From assembly GCA_965217585.1 (NCBI GenBank), contig OZ244561.1, positions 6,208,001 to 6,272,000 on the forward strand: a stretch of DNA of 64,000 bases, read 5' to 3'. The position numbers and the translations under genes are program-made. Below the pieces are notes generated by a model that was given only the letters and a program-made list of their open reading frames with translations, was not told the origin of the DNA and searched no databases. Source of the DNA: Candidatus Latescibacterota bacterium (GTDB taxonomy: Bacteria; Latescibacterota; UBA2968; UBA8231). Shown here one piece after another: positions 27,244 through 36,837 of this stretch. Each line of letters begins with the position of its first letter. Position 1 is the first letter of the stretch.

Positions 27244-27792
27244 ATGGCTATCCCCAATCCCGTAGTCAAGTTTACCTACGAAGACTACCTGAATACGCCG
27301 GAAGACAAGCGCTACGAGCTTCTGGACGGAGAGTTGGTTCCGACTCCTGCACCTGGAGAACGTCACCAGAGCATTTCCATCCTGCTAGGATCAAAACTGT
27401 TTCAATTTGCGTCTGAGAATAGCTTGGGGCGGGTCTATCTCGCGCCTTTTGACGTGGTGCTGTCGGACATGGACGTGGTGCAGCCCGATCTGCTGTTCGT
27501 CTCCAATGAGCGCGGCCACATCATCACCCCTGCAAACATTCAGGGGGCGCCGGACTTGGTCGTCGAAATCCTGTCCCCCTCCACAGCCGAACGCGATAAG
27601 ACGTTCAAGCGTGCGCTATATGCCAGACACGGCGTGAACGAATACTGGATGGTGGACACTACCGCAAAAGACATAACGGTCCTGTTGCTCGGCGAGCGCG
27701 GATACGAGATCGTGGATACCTACGGCGAAGGAGAGACCTTGACTTCGCCGACCTTGCAAGGCTTCGCGCTGAATATCGGCGATCTATTCTAA
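27244..27792 (+). CDS. Uma2 family endonuclease (copy 2)
   Basis: About 13 amino-acid differences from 14816..15364 over 182 aa. Confidence 0.92.
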   Translation: MAIPNPVVKFTYEDYLNTPEDKRYELLDGELVPTPAPGERHQSISILLGSKLFQFASENSLGRVYLAPFDVVLSDMDVVQPDLLFVSNERGHIITPANIQGAPDLVVEILSPSTAERDKTFKRALYARHGVNEYWMVDTTAKDITVLLLGERGYEIVDTYGEGETLTSPTLQGFALNIGDLF

Positions 27793-27836
27793 ATTTCCTA
27801 CCTAGTCGGCGTTTCTGCGTTCCAATCCAGTATTTC

Positions 27837-28835
27837 CTACAGCTCCACCCGCCGCCCGCTATGGGCCGATTCAAAAGCCGCCTCGACCACTTTGAGCGTG
27901 CCGTCGGCATGGTCGGCCATATAGGCGGGGGTCTCTTCTCCGCGCATACATTGCTGGAAAAAGTCGATGGCCGGCTGGAAAGGCGGCGTGCCAGTCTGGA
28001 AGGTCTCGCTGCGGCTCTCATTGGAGCCGCTGACCACGTCAAAGCTGCTCTCCGCACCGGGATGATACGGGGCGGGCACAACCAGTCGGCCTTGGTCTCC
28101 AGTGATGAGGGCATGAGGCCCGCCACGACCATCGAAACTGCAGTACAAGGTCGCGGTGAGGCCGTCGGGGTATTCGAGGATGAGCGAGGTGGCCACGTCC
28201 ACTCCGACTTGCGTGTCAAAGCGCATATGCGCCTGAACGCCAACAGGATCGGTGCCGGCAATAAAGCGCGAGAAGGTGATAGGGTACACGCCGCCATCGT
28301 AAATACTGCCGCCGCCCAGCGCTTTAATCAGGCGGATGTTGCTGGGGTCGTTGACGACGAAGGTCATGCCGGCGTTAATGTGGCGCAGGGTGCCGATTTC
28401 GCCCGCGGCGATGATTTCCTTGAGACGGCGGCTCTGGGGATGGTGCATAAAGACAAAGGCCTCAAAGAGCAGCACGTCGGCCTTGCGGCAAGCCTCGACC
28501 ATTTGCCGCCCTTCGGCCGCGGTGACGGCTAGCGGTTTTTCGCAAAAGACGTGTTTGCCCGCCTCGGCGGCTTTGATGGTCCATTCGGCGTGCAGCGAAT
28601 TGGGCAGCGAGATATAGATCGCGTCGATGTCCGGGTGGTCGAGCAGGGCTTGGTAACTGCCCAGCGCCACGGGGATATCGTGGTCGCGGGCAAAGGCATC
28701 GGCGGTGGCCTGGCTGCGGCTGGCTATGGCATAGACTTGGGCACCGGGCGTGGCGCGGGCCGAGGGGATGAAGGCGGTGACGCCAATTCTGGCGGTGCTG
28801 AGGATGCCCCATTGGATGGGTCGTGAACTGGTCAT
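27837..28835 (-). CDS. Gfo/Idh/MocA oxidoreductase
   Basis: WGILSTARIG, LPNSLHAEW, GKHVFCEKP and GGGSIYDGGVY. Confidence 0.92.
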   Translation of the reverse strand: MTSSRPIQWGILSTARIGVTAFIPSARATPGAQVYAIASRSQATADAFARDHDIPVALGSYQALLDHPDIDAIYISLPNSLHAEWTIKAAEAGKHVFCEKPLAVTAAEGRQMVEACRKADVLLFEAFVFMHHPQSRRLKEIIAAGEIGTLRHINAGMTFVVNDPSNIRLIKALGGGSIYDGGVYPITFSRFIAGTDPVGVQAHMRFDTQVGVDVATSLILEYPDGLTATLYCSFDGRGGPHALITGDQGRLVVPAPYHPGAESSFDVVSGSNESRSETFQTGTPPFQPAIDFFQQCMRGEETPAYMADHADGTLKVVEAAFESAHSGRRVEL

Positions 28836-29019
28836 TGAAGAACCTCCCGCAACCTAATTTTATGTGATTTTAACAGTATGGGAATACTATATATAGACCA
28901 AATAGCCCAACGAAGTAAATGCGGCCGGTTTTTCAGAGAGACGGCCAGAGTTCCCAACGCGATTGCGGACTGCCGCCGGGATACTATCTTGATCCAGCAA
29001 CTGGATGGAGACAATCTGC

Positions 29020-30516
29020 ATGGCAATGAAAACCACCGCTCCCCAAAAACTCTGGGCTGGTGCCGCAAAAGTCGATATCACCAATACGGCAGCGGACGCG
29101 ACAGACGATCCGCTCTACGCCGGTATTGCAACAACAACCGCCAATGACCCATTATACGCCAAAGTCCTAATCCTGCGCAGTGACCATACCACGGTGGTCC
29201 TGGTCACCGTGGACGCCGTGGCGATCGGCGAGATCGGCACCATCGGCAACGACTATCTGACCAATGTGCGGGCCCAACTGCAAAAAGAGCTGGCAATCGA
29301 TCCGGCGCATGTGCTGATCAACGCCAGCCACTGCCACGGCGTGGTCTGCAAAGATGTCGCAGCGCGGACGGTCCAGGCCGTAGAAGCCGCATGGCAGCAT
29401 ATGGTGCCGGTAACAGTCGGCGTCGGCACCGGCCACGAGGAGCGGATCATGGAAAACCGCCGGCTCAAACTCAAAAATGGCCGTGAAGCGGATATCCGCC
29501 GCGCCTACTCGCTCCCGCCCGACGAACAAATCGCCGAGGTCGGCCCGGTCGATCCGCAAATCGGCATCCTGCGGCTGGACAAGGAGGACGGACAGACCCT
29601 GGCCGTCCTCTATAATTTCGCCTGCCACCCCATCCAGGGCGTGCCTAGCGGCGCCAACACCGCAGACCTCAGCGGCTTTGCCTCCAGAGTCATTGAAGAC
29701 AACATAAGCGACGGTGCCATCGCCTTCTTCTTGCAGGGATGTGGCGCGGATATCAATCCGGTGCTCTATAGGGATATCGACAACCCCCCGGATGCCGAAC
29801 CTCTGGGGCATATGCTAGGCTTGAGCACCTTGCAGGCGCTAAAGCATATCAAGTGCGCGAAAGGCGACCCGCTGAAACTGGTCAACGAGACCCTCGAATT
29901 GCCCAGAGCCGACCTGCGAGAAGGCATCGAGGCCCTACGAGCCGAACAAATGCGGCTATTGCAGTCTTTACAAGCCACCAGCCTCAACCTGAAGACCTTT
30001 GTACCCCTGCTGGTCAAATACAACCTCTCCGGCGAATTTCCCTCCTATGATGCCCATCGCTATCTGCACGAGAGAAAATTCGCCAGCAAGGGCCTGGATA
30101 AACTCGACGCCGACAACAGGCGGAACCTGGATCAGTACATCGCCAATATGCACACTATGGAAGAGCTGACCCGGATCCAGATCAACTTGGACCTGCTGAA
30201 GAAAAACCAAGCTTTAAATCAGGCCGCTGGTAAACAGACCATTGCCGTCGAAGTGCTGGGTTTGAGAATTGGCGATTTTGTGCTGGTCGCCTTTCCCGGT
30301 GAGTTGCCGGTTGAAATCGGCCTCGGTATCAAGGAGCGCTCGCCACACCCTTTCACTTTTGTCTCCGGGGTGACCAACGGTTATCTCTATTATACCCCGA
30401 CCGCGGAACAACTGAAGAATTTGGGGGGTGCCCAGGAGGATAGCGACTGCATTCTGGCGCCGGCATGGCAATCGTTATTTGAAGAGAAAGTCGCGGAAAT
30501 ACTGCAAAGGTTATAA
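29020..30516 (+). CDS. Neutral/alkaline ceramidase-like hypothetical hydrolase
   Basis: AGAAKVDIT, DPLYAKVLIL, INASHCH, NFACHP, QGCGADINP, FPGE and NGYLYYTPT. Confidence 0.7.
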   Translation: MAMKTTAPQKLWAGAAKVDITNTAADATDDPLYAGIATTTANDPLYAKVLILRSDHTTVVLVTVDAVAIGEIGTIGNDYLTNVRAQLQKELAIDPAHVLINASHCHGVVCKDVAARTVQAVEAAWQHMVPVTVGVGTGHEERIMENRRLKLKNGREADIRRAYSLPPDEQIAEVGPVDPQIGILRLDKEDGQTLAVLYNFACHPIQGVPSGANTADLSGFASRVIEDNISDGAIAFFLQGCGADINPVLYRDIDNPPDAEPLGHMLGLSTLQALKHIKCAKGDPLKLVNETLELPRADLREGIEALRAEQMRLLQSLQATSLNLKTFVPLLVKYNLSGEFPSYDAHRYLHERKFASKGLDKLDADNRRNLDQYIANMHTMEELTRIQINLDLLKKNQALNQAAGKQTIAVEVLGLRIGDFVLVAFPGELPVEIGLGIKERSPHPFTFVSGVTNGYLYYTPTAEQLKNLGGAQEDSDCILAPAWQSLFEEKVAEILQRL

Positions 30517-30579
30517 TGTCTATACCCGTCATCTTCGGCACCGATATCGGCAGCCAAGTCCAACAATAGAGAGGTAACC

Positions 30580-31755
30580 ATGGCCCAGCGCAAAAAGATC
30601 GCCGCCATTATCACCGAATACCGCGTCCCGGCGCACGCCGACGTCATTGTCGGCAAGTTCATCAAGGGTTTTCCCACTGACGAGGGCATGCAGGAGCCGC
30701 AGGTGGATATCGCCTCCATGTACCTGGACCAGATACCCGACAATGATATCGGCCTACAAGTATCCAAAGAATACGATATACCCGTGTACCAGAGCATCCC
30801 CGCGGCTCTGTGTCTGGGTGGCGGCAAATTGGCCGTCGACGGCGTAATTTCCATTGGCGAACACGGCACTTACGCCTTCAACGAGAAGGGCCAGCACCTG
30901 TATCCCCGGCGCTTTTTCTTTGAACAGATCTGCGGCGTTATGGCCACCTCCGGCCGCTGGGTGCCGGTGTTCAGCGACAAGCACCTGTCCTACAACTGGT
31001 GCGACGCCAAGTGGATGTACGACCGGGCAGTGGAACTGAACGTCCCCTTTATGGCCGGCTCTTCAGTGCCCTTGGGCTGGCGCGACCCCTGGCTCGAACA
31101 CGAGCTGGATGCCCCCATCGAAGACGCCCTCATGCTCAGCTTTGGCGGCATTGAGTCCTACGGCTATCACGGCTTTGAGGGCCTGCAGGCCATGGTCGAG
31201 CGGCGCCGGGGCGGTGAGACCGGTCTGGCGGCCGTGCAGTGTTTGGAAGGCGAGGCCGTGTGGCAGGCCGGCGCCGACGGCCTGTGGTCGCGCCAGTTGG
31301 CCGCCGCGGCCGCGGCCGTGGGCAAAACCTCGGCCGAACCCATGGAGGAGGCCTGCGAAAATCCAGCGGCCTTTCTGCTGGAATACAGGGATGGTTTCAA
31401 GGCCGCCCTGCTGCACTTGAACGGGTACGTCGAGGAATGGTCGTACGCGGCCCGCGTCAACGGCCAGGTACAGGCCACGGGCCTGCGCTTGCACGGGCCG
31501 CCCTATCCCCACTTCAGCTACCTGGGCCTCAATATCCAGGAGATGTTTCTCACGGGCCAGCCGCAGTATCCGGCGGAGCGCACCCTGCTGGTAAGCGGCG
31601 GTCTGGACGCCCTGATGAATTCGCGTCACCAGGGCCATATACGGCTGGAGACGCCGCATTTGGACGTGCAGTACCAGGCCCCTGAAAACATGCCCATCCG
31701 CCCCACCGGACCCCGGCCGCAAGGGACGAGCACAGTGCCTTTCGACGGGATTTAG
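30580..31755 (+). CDS. Conserved hypothetical protein (Gfo/Idh/MocA-like oxidoreductase fold)
   Basis: VDGVISIGEHG, VFSDKHL, MAGSS and YGYHGFE; good RBS and codon usage. Confidence 0.7.
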   Translation: MAQRKKIAAIITEYRVPAHADVIVGKFIKGFPTDEGMQEPQVDIASMYLDQIPDNDIGLQVSKEYDIPVYQSIPAALCLGGGKLAVDGVISIGEHGTYAFNEKGQHLYPRRFFFEQICGVMATSGRWVPVFSDKHLSYNWCDAKWMYDRAVELNVPFMAGSSVPLGWRDPWLEHELDAPIEDALMLSFGGIESYGYHGFEGLQAMVERRRGGETGLAAVQCLEGEAVWQAGADGLWSRQLAAAAAAVGKTSAEPMEEACENPAAFLLEYRDGFKAALLHLNGYVEEWSYAARVNGQVQATGLRLHGPPYPHFSYLGLNIQEMFLTGQPQYPAERTLLVSGGLDALMNSRHQGHIRLETPHLDVQYQAPENMPIRPTGPRPQGTSTVPFDGI

Positions 31756-31840
31756 GGCCACTACCAGCACAACGATCACCTCTTTCCGCTGGCGAAAGCG
31801 GCCTTGTCAACTCCGGTGTCTGCGCTTTGATTTGCTCCCT

Positions 31841-32080
31841 ATGGATGATTCTCAAGAACAACTCGTCTCTGAGCCGCGCAAGGTCGGCTACATCTGGATC
31901 GTCTATTTGCTGCTCTACGCAGTGGCCGTTCCCTGGTACTGGCCCGAAGGGTATCGGGGGCCGCTGGTGTTGGGCTTTCCGCTGTGGGTGGCGGTGTCGC
32001 TGGGCGCGGTGCTGCTGTTGGCGCTGTGGACGGGCTGGGTGATCCACCGCTACTGGATTGAAGCAAAGGAGCAAGACTGA
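31841..32080 (+). CDS. Small membrane protein (DUF3311-like partner of the SSS transporter)
   Basis: Two hydrophobic helices with PLVLGFPLW; TGATG coupling to the symporter. Confidence 0.7.
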   Translation: MDDSQEQLVSEPRKVGYIWIVYLLLYAVAVPWYWPEGYRGPLVLGFPLWVAVSLGAVLLLALWTGWVIHRYWIEAKEQD

Positions 32081-33531
32081 TGGGCGGCATGGTGTTTGGT
32101 CCGGGCGCGCTCATCGCGGTGGGGCTATACCTGGTCTCGATGATCGGCGTGGGGTGGATTGCACGCACGCGCCGCCAATCCAACAGCATGGCCGACTTCT
32201 ATCTGGCGGGGCGCTCGATGGGCTTGGCCGTGCTCTTCTTGACGCTGTACGCCACCCAATACAGCGGCAATACGCTCTTTGGCTACACGGGCAAGACCTA
32301 CCGCATCGGCTTTGAGTGGACGGCGTCGGTGCTCTTTATGTTCTCGATCATCGTCGGCTACATGCTCTTTGCCCCGCGCTTGGTCGCGTTGGCGCGCAAG
32401 GAAGGGTTTATCACCCCGGGCGACTACATTACGCACCGCTTCCGCTCGTCGGTGCTGACGCTTTTGAGCACGGTCTTGATGATCTACGCGCTGGGCAACT
32501 ACGCGCTGGCCCAGCTCAAGGCAATGGGTGCAGCCGTCGAGGGGATCACCGACGGCGCGATCCCCGGCAGCTACGGCATTATTGGCTTGGCGGTCATTAT
32601 GGTCATCTATGAGACCTTGGGGGGGATGCGCTCGGTGGCGTGGACGGATGTTATGCAGGGGGGCGTGCTGCTGTTGGGCTTTGGCATCTTGGTCTTCCTC
32701 ATCCCGCAGAAGCTGGGTGGGGGTCTAGGACAGGTCGTGGCCCAACTGAGCGAAATGGATCCGCCCAAGGTCCAAGCGCCGAGCTGGGAGGGGGCCAACA
32801 CGTGGATCAGCTACGTGCTGCTGTTGGGCTGCGGGGCGGCCATTTACCCGCAGGCGATCCAACGGCTCTACGCCAGCCGCTCGGTCGCGGTGCTCAAGCG
32901 CTCGCTGGCCCTGATGGCCTTTATGCCGCTGACCACTACGTTGGTGGCCCTGGTGTGCGGCTTGACCGCGGCGGTGGTGTTGCCCGATCTGAGCAAGGCC
33001 GAAAGCGACCAAGTGTTGGCCCGGCTCTGCGCGCTGATTATGGGCGAATCCGCGCTGGGCTACTGGCTGGTCGTGGCGATCTTTGCCGCGGTGCTGGCGG
33101 CGCTGATGTCCACTGCGGACTCAGCCCTGTTGTCGATCTCGTCGATGTTCACCAAGGATATTTACCTGCCGTATTTCCGGCCGCAGGCCACCGAGGCCGA
33201 GCTGACGAAGGTGGGCAAGATCTGCTCGTGGGTCATCGTCGTATTGCTAGTCGCGGTGGCTATTAGCACCAAGGCGACTTTAGTGCGGCTGCTGGAGCTG
33301 AAGTTCGAGGTCTTGATCCAGGTCGTGCCGTGCTTTTTCCTCGGGCTGTACTGGAAGCGGCTTTCGGCGCGGACGGCGCTAACCGGCATGGTCTGCGGGC
33401 TGGCGGTGGCACTGGGGTTGACCTTCGTGGGCAAACCGATGATCTGGGGCTTCCACGCCGGGGTGATTGGTCTCGGCGTCAACACGGCGATCTGTGCCAT
33501 CGGCACCTGGTGCAAACCGGCGACATCATAG
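32080..33531 (+). CDS. Sodium:solute symporter family protein
   Basis: DFYLAGRSMG, GGMRSVAWTDVMQG, AALMSTADS; about 13 TM helices. Confidence 0.93.
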   Translation: MGGMVFGPGALIAVGLYLVSMIGVGWIARTRRQSNSMADFYLAGRSMGLAVLFLTLYATQYSGNTLFGYTGKTYRIGFEWTASVLFMFSIIVGYMLFAPRLVALARKEGFITPGDYITHRFRSSVLTLLSTVLMIYALGNYALAQLKAMGAAVEGITDGAIPGSYGIIGLAVIMVIYETLGGMRSVAWTDVMQGGVLLLGFGILVFLIPQKLGGGLGQVVAQLSEMDPPKVQAPSWEGANTWISYVLLLGCGAAIYPQAIQRLYASRSVAVLKRSLALMAFMPLTTTLVALVCGLTAAVVLPDLSKAESDQVLARLCALIMGESALGYWLVVAIFAAVLAALMSTADSALLSISSMFTKDIYLPYFRPQATEAELTKVGKICSWVIVVLLVAVAISTKATLVRLLELKFEVLIQVVPCFFLGLYWKRLSARTALTGMVCGLAVALGLTFVGKPMIWGFHAGVIGLGVNTAICAIGTWCKPATS

Positions 33532-33546
33532 ACTAAAAGGGGACCT

Positions 33547-34611
33547 ATGCGTCCAGCATCCAAGCAATTTCTCGTCGATCTGCTCAGTGCTCCCGGCCCT
33601 TCGGGCTACGAGGGGCCGGTGCGGGCGGTGTGGAAGGCCGCAGTGGAAAAGTACGCCGACCGAGTCGAGGTCGATGTCCACGGCAATACCATCGGCGTCC
33701 ACAACGAAGCTGGCGGCCCCAAGATCATGTTCGCCGGACACGCCGACGAGTTGGGTTTCCAGATCGTTTACATCGACGACAAAGGCTATCTCTACTTTGA
33801 CACCATTGGCGGCTTTGACTTACAGATCGTGCCCGGTCGCAAGGTGCGCATCTACACGGTGCAGGGGCCGGTTTTCGGCGTGTTGGGCAAAAAGCCCATC
33901 CATCTGATGAAGGCAGCGGATCGGACCAAGGTACCGGACAAACACGACTTGTGGATCGATATCGGCGCAGCCGACGCGGACGAGGCGCGGCAACTGGTGG
34001 CCATCGGCGACCCGGCGACCTACGACGCCAACTTTGAGGAACTGCGCAATGGGCTGGTGGTGTCGCGGGGGATTGACAATAAGGCCGGTGCTTGGGTGGT
34101 CGCCGAGGCGCTGCGGCGGGTGAGCCGCGCCAAGCGCAAGTGCCGCGCCGCCGTGTATGCGGTGGCCACCGCGCAGGAGGAAGTGGGGATACGCGGAGCC
34201 AAGACCAGCGCCTACGGAATCGATCCGCTGGTGGGCATTGCCGTGGATGTTACTTGGGCAACGGACCATCCAGACATCGATAAGCGCCAAGTCGGGGAGT
34301 GCAAGCTGGGCGGCGGCCCGGTCATTTTGCGCGGGGCCAACGCCAACCCGGTCGTGTCCGAGCGGCTGGTGCAGGTGGCGAAAAAGAAGAAAATTCCCTA
34401 TCAGATCCAAGCCGAGCCGGGAGGCACCGGCACGGACGCCAACGCCATCCAGCTCAGTCGGGCCGGGGTGGCCACGGGCTTGGTCAGCGTGCCGCAGCGC
34501 TACATGCACACGCCGGTCGAGATCGCGTCCTTAGAGGACTTGGACCACACCGCACGACTGTTGGCGGAGTTTGCGCTAGCTGTGGATGAAAAGGAGAGTT
34601 TCATACCATGA
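33547..34611 (+). CDS. M42 family metallopeptidase
   Basis: GPSGYE, AGHADE, DNKAG, QEEVG, GTDA and RYMHTPVE. Confidence 0.93.
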   Translation: MRPASKQFLVDLLSAPGPSGYEGPVRAVWKAAVEKYADRVEVDVHGNTIGVHNEAGGPKIMFAGHADELGFQIVYIDDKGYLYFDTIGGFDLQIVPGRKVRIYTVQGPVFGVLGKKPIHLMKAADRTKVPDKHDLWIDIGAADADEARQLVAIGDPATYDANFEELRNGLVVSRGIDNKAGAWVVAEALRRVSRAKRKCRAAVYAVATAQEEVGIRGAKTSAYGIDPLVGIAVDVTWATDHPDIDKRQVGECKLGGGPVILRGANANPVVSERLVQVAKKKKIPYQIQAEPGGTGTDANAIQLSRAGVATGLVSVPQRYMHTPVEIASLEDLDHTARLLAEFALAVDEKESFIP

Positions 34612-35714
34612 AAATAACGTCTGTCGATATTTGGACCGTGGTGGTGCCGACGATACCCGGGCGGGTACACAGCCCGGAATGCGTCGCCGAGACCGGGTGG
34701 GACCAAATGCCCAAGCACATCGTGCGCCTGAATACGGATACCGAGTTGACGGGTTTGGGCGAGACTGGGCGCGGCGTGCCGATAGAACAGGTCCGCGCAG
34801 GGGCGGCCCAGCTCTTGGGCAAAGACCCTGAGCAACTGACCTTGCAGGATATTTTCGCCGCCCGCCACGACGGCACTGAGAAATTGCCCACAGTGGGGGG
34901 CGGGCCGGCGTATGACGCCTTTGAGATGGCGGTCTTTGACTTGGTGGGTAAAGCTCGTCAGGTGCCGGTACACGCGCTGCTGGGCGGTGCGGTACGCGAC
35001 CGAGTGCGGGCCGATTACTGGATGGGGCACCTGACGGTTGAAGACGGCAAGCGAGCGGTTGAACGGGCGCTCGCACACGGATTCAAAGGCGTCAAGATCA
35101 AGTGCAAGATCGAGGAGCCGATGGTCGAAAGGCTCCAGGCCATGCGCGAGGTGGGCGGAGTGGATTTCAAGGTGACGGTCGATCCTAATGAGCGCTTCCA
35201 CACGGCCGAGCAGACCATCGAGCTGGCGCAGCAACTCGCGGAGGTGGGCAACGTCGAGGTTTTTGAAGACCCGATCCCCAAATCCGATTTGCAAGGTTAC
35301 GTCCAAATCCACGAGGCGATTGACCTGCCGGTAGCCATGCACGTGGGGAGCGGGCCAGCTATCATCCGCGCCATCAAGGCTGGGGTCGTCGATTGTTTTA
35401 ACTTGGGCGGCAGCCTCGTGGGCTTTCAGAAGAATGCGGCGGTTGCCGCAGCCGCGGGCCTGCGCTGCTGGCACGGCTCGGGCAATGACTTGGGAATTGT
35501 CGATACCTCGTACGTCCACGCGGCCGCGGCCGCGCCCAATTGCACGATGGCTTCGGATTTTGTGGGGAGCTGGACTCGCGAGGACGACCTGATCGTCGAG
35601 CCGATCCCTTTTGTCGATGGGTACGTGCCCACGCCCATGCAGCCGGGCTTGGGCTGTGTGCTGGACGAAAAAGCCTTGGTGCGCTACGTTCGGGGGAGCG
35701 AAACCGCTTCTTGA
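34608..35714 (+). CDS. Mandelate racemase/muconate cycloisomerase family protein
   Basis: GLGE, EMAVFDLVGK...LLGG, KIK, VDPN, FEDP and PGLG. Confidence 0.9.
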   Translation: MKITSVDIWTVVVPTIPGRVHSPECVAETGWDQMPKHIVRLNTDTELTGLGETGRGVPIEQVRAGAAQLLGKDPEQLTLQDIFAARHDGTEKLPTVGGGPAYDAFEMAVFDLVGKARQVPVHALLGGAVRDRVRADYWMGHLTVEDGKRAVERALAHGFKGVKIKCKIEEPMVERLQAMREVGGVDFKVTVDPNERFHTAEQTIELAQQLAEVGNVEVFEDPIPKSDLQGYVQIHEAIDLPVAMHVGSGPAIIRAIKAGVVDCFNLGGSLVGFQKNAAVAAAAGLRCWHGSGNDLGIVDTSYVHAAAAAPNCTMASDFVGSWTREDDLIVEPIPFVDGYVPTPMQPGLGCVLDEKALVRYVRGSETAS

Positions 35715-35790
35715 GCGGAGCGATCCATTTACAATTCTGTGCGTCGGGATTGCTTGGCGCACTTAATCTCTATATAGGAGGAATAGTATC

Positions 35791-36318
35791 ATGCGCAAAT
35801 GGCTGGATAAAACCACGGCCCTGGTCCTGTGCAGTGCTCTGGTGCTGGCCGCCTGTGGTGGCGACGACGACGAAGCCGCACCAGTGGAACCCGAGCCGGA
35901 ACCGGTGGCTGAGATAACGCCTGAAATTATCGGCTTATACGGCACGGTGGTCTCCAGTTTCCAGACGATCTTCTTCGCTGCGCTGATCCCTGGTACGACG
36001 TCGGTGCCGGGGGAAGGCGGTGGCTCGGTGGAAATCGCAGGCAACGATTGGACGTTGAATGAGTATTCACCCGATGGTGCGTTGATAGTCAACGGTGCCT
36101 TGAACGTCGGCATAGACCAGACGCCCATTCCGCTGACCGGGGAGGTTACCTTGTCTGGATCACAGGAAGCCGAGCTGGTACTCAATATGGAGCTTTCGGT
36201 TGGGACCGACGGTCTTTCTTCTACCGGGACGATAACCATTGACGGCGCAGAATTTGACGTCGCGGAACTCTCGGCTGCTGTCGCCGCTGCTGTCGCTGCT
36301 GCCGAGGCCGCTGGATAG
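35791..36318 (+). CDS. Putative lipoprotein
   Basis: Lipobox LAAC followed by an acidic linker; AGGAGG RBS. Confidence 0.75.
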   Translation: MRKWLDKTTALVLCSALVLAACGGDDDEAAPVEPEPEPVAEITPEIIGLYGTVVSSFQTIFFAALIPGTTSVPGEGGGSVEIAGNDWTLNEYSPDGALIVNGALNVGIDQTPIPLTGEVTLSGSQEAELVLNMELSVGTDGLSSTGTITIDGAEFDVAELSAAVAAAVAAAEAAG

Positions 36319-36324
36319 TAGGCC

Positions 36325-36837
36325 GTGCCGTTTTGCTGTTTGGTCGCAGCCCTAGCCTTGTGCTGGGGCTGCGACCGCGGTCTCGATGCTGAGGCCACCG
36401 GGCAGACCGGGATCGCCGGTCGGCTGCACTTTGTCGGCGAGTGGCCCGCGAACGTGGGGCAGGTGGCTGTGGCCGTCTATCGCGAGCCACCCGCTTCGCT
36501 TGCCGATTTTTTTCGCATCAATGGCTGGGATACCGAGGTGGCGCTCGGAGTCGAGTCCTATGACTATTTCGTCCCCTTAGACGGGGAAGGCGTATATCAG
36601 TGGATTATCGTGGCTTGGCGCGAGGAGGACCAGTTCTGGGACTTCACCTCGCTTTTGGGCTGCTATCACCTACCCGAAGCCGACCGCCCCTCGTCGGTGG
36701 AAGTTGGCCCCGGAGAGGTCGCTACCGGTATCGACATTGAGATCAACTTCGCTGTGTTGGACCATGAGACCGAGCTTAGCACTGCTCTGTGTGAGCGCGT
36801 TTTGCCTGCTGAACTCTTGGCCGAGTTCGGCCGCTGA
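36325..36837 (+). CDS. Hypothetical exported protein or lipoprotein
   Basis: Hydrophobic N-terminus ending CWGC; lies in the operon before the TonB receptor. Confidence 0.6.
   Translation: MPFCCLVAALALCWGCDRGLDAEATGQTGIAGRLHFVGEWPANVGQVAVAVYREPPASLADFFRINGWDTEVALGVESYDYFVPLDGEGVYQWIIVAWREEDQFWDFTSLLGCYHLPEADRPSSVEVGPGEVATGIDIEINFAVLDHETELSTALCERVLPAELLAEFGR

Noticed and set aside
34500-35762. 420-aa minus-strand ORF
   Set aside because: Antisense shadow of the enolase-family gene.
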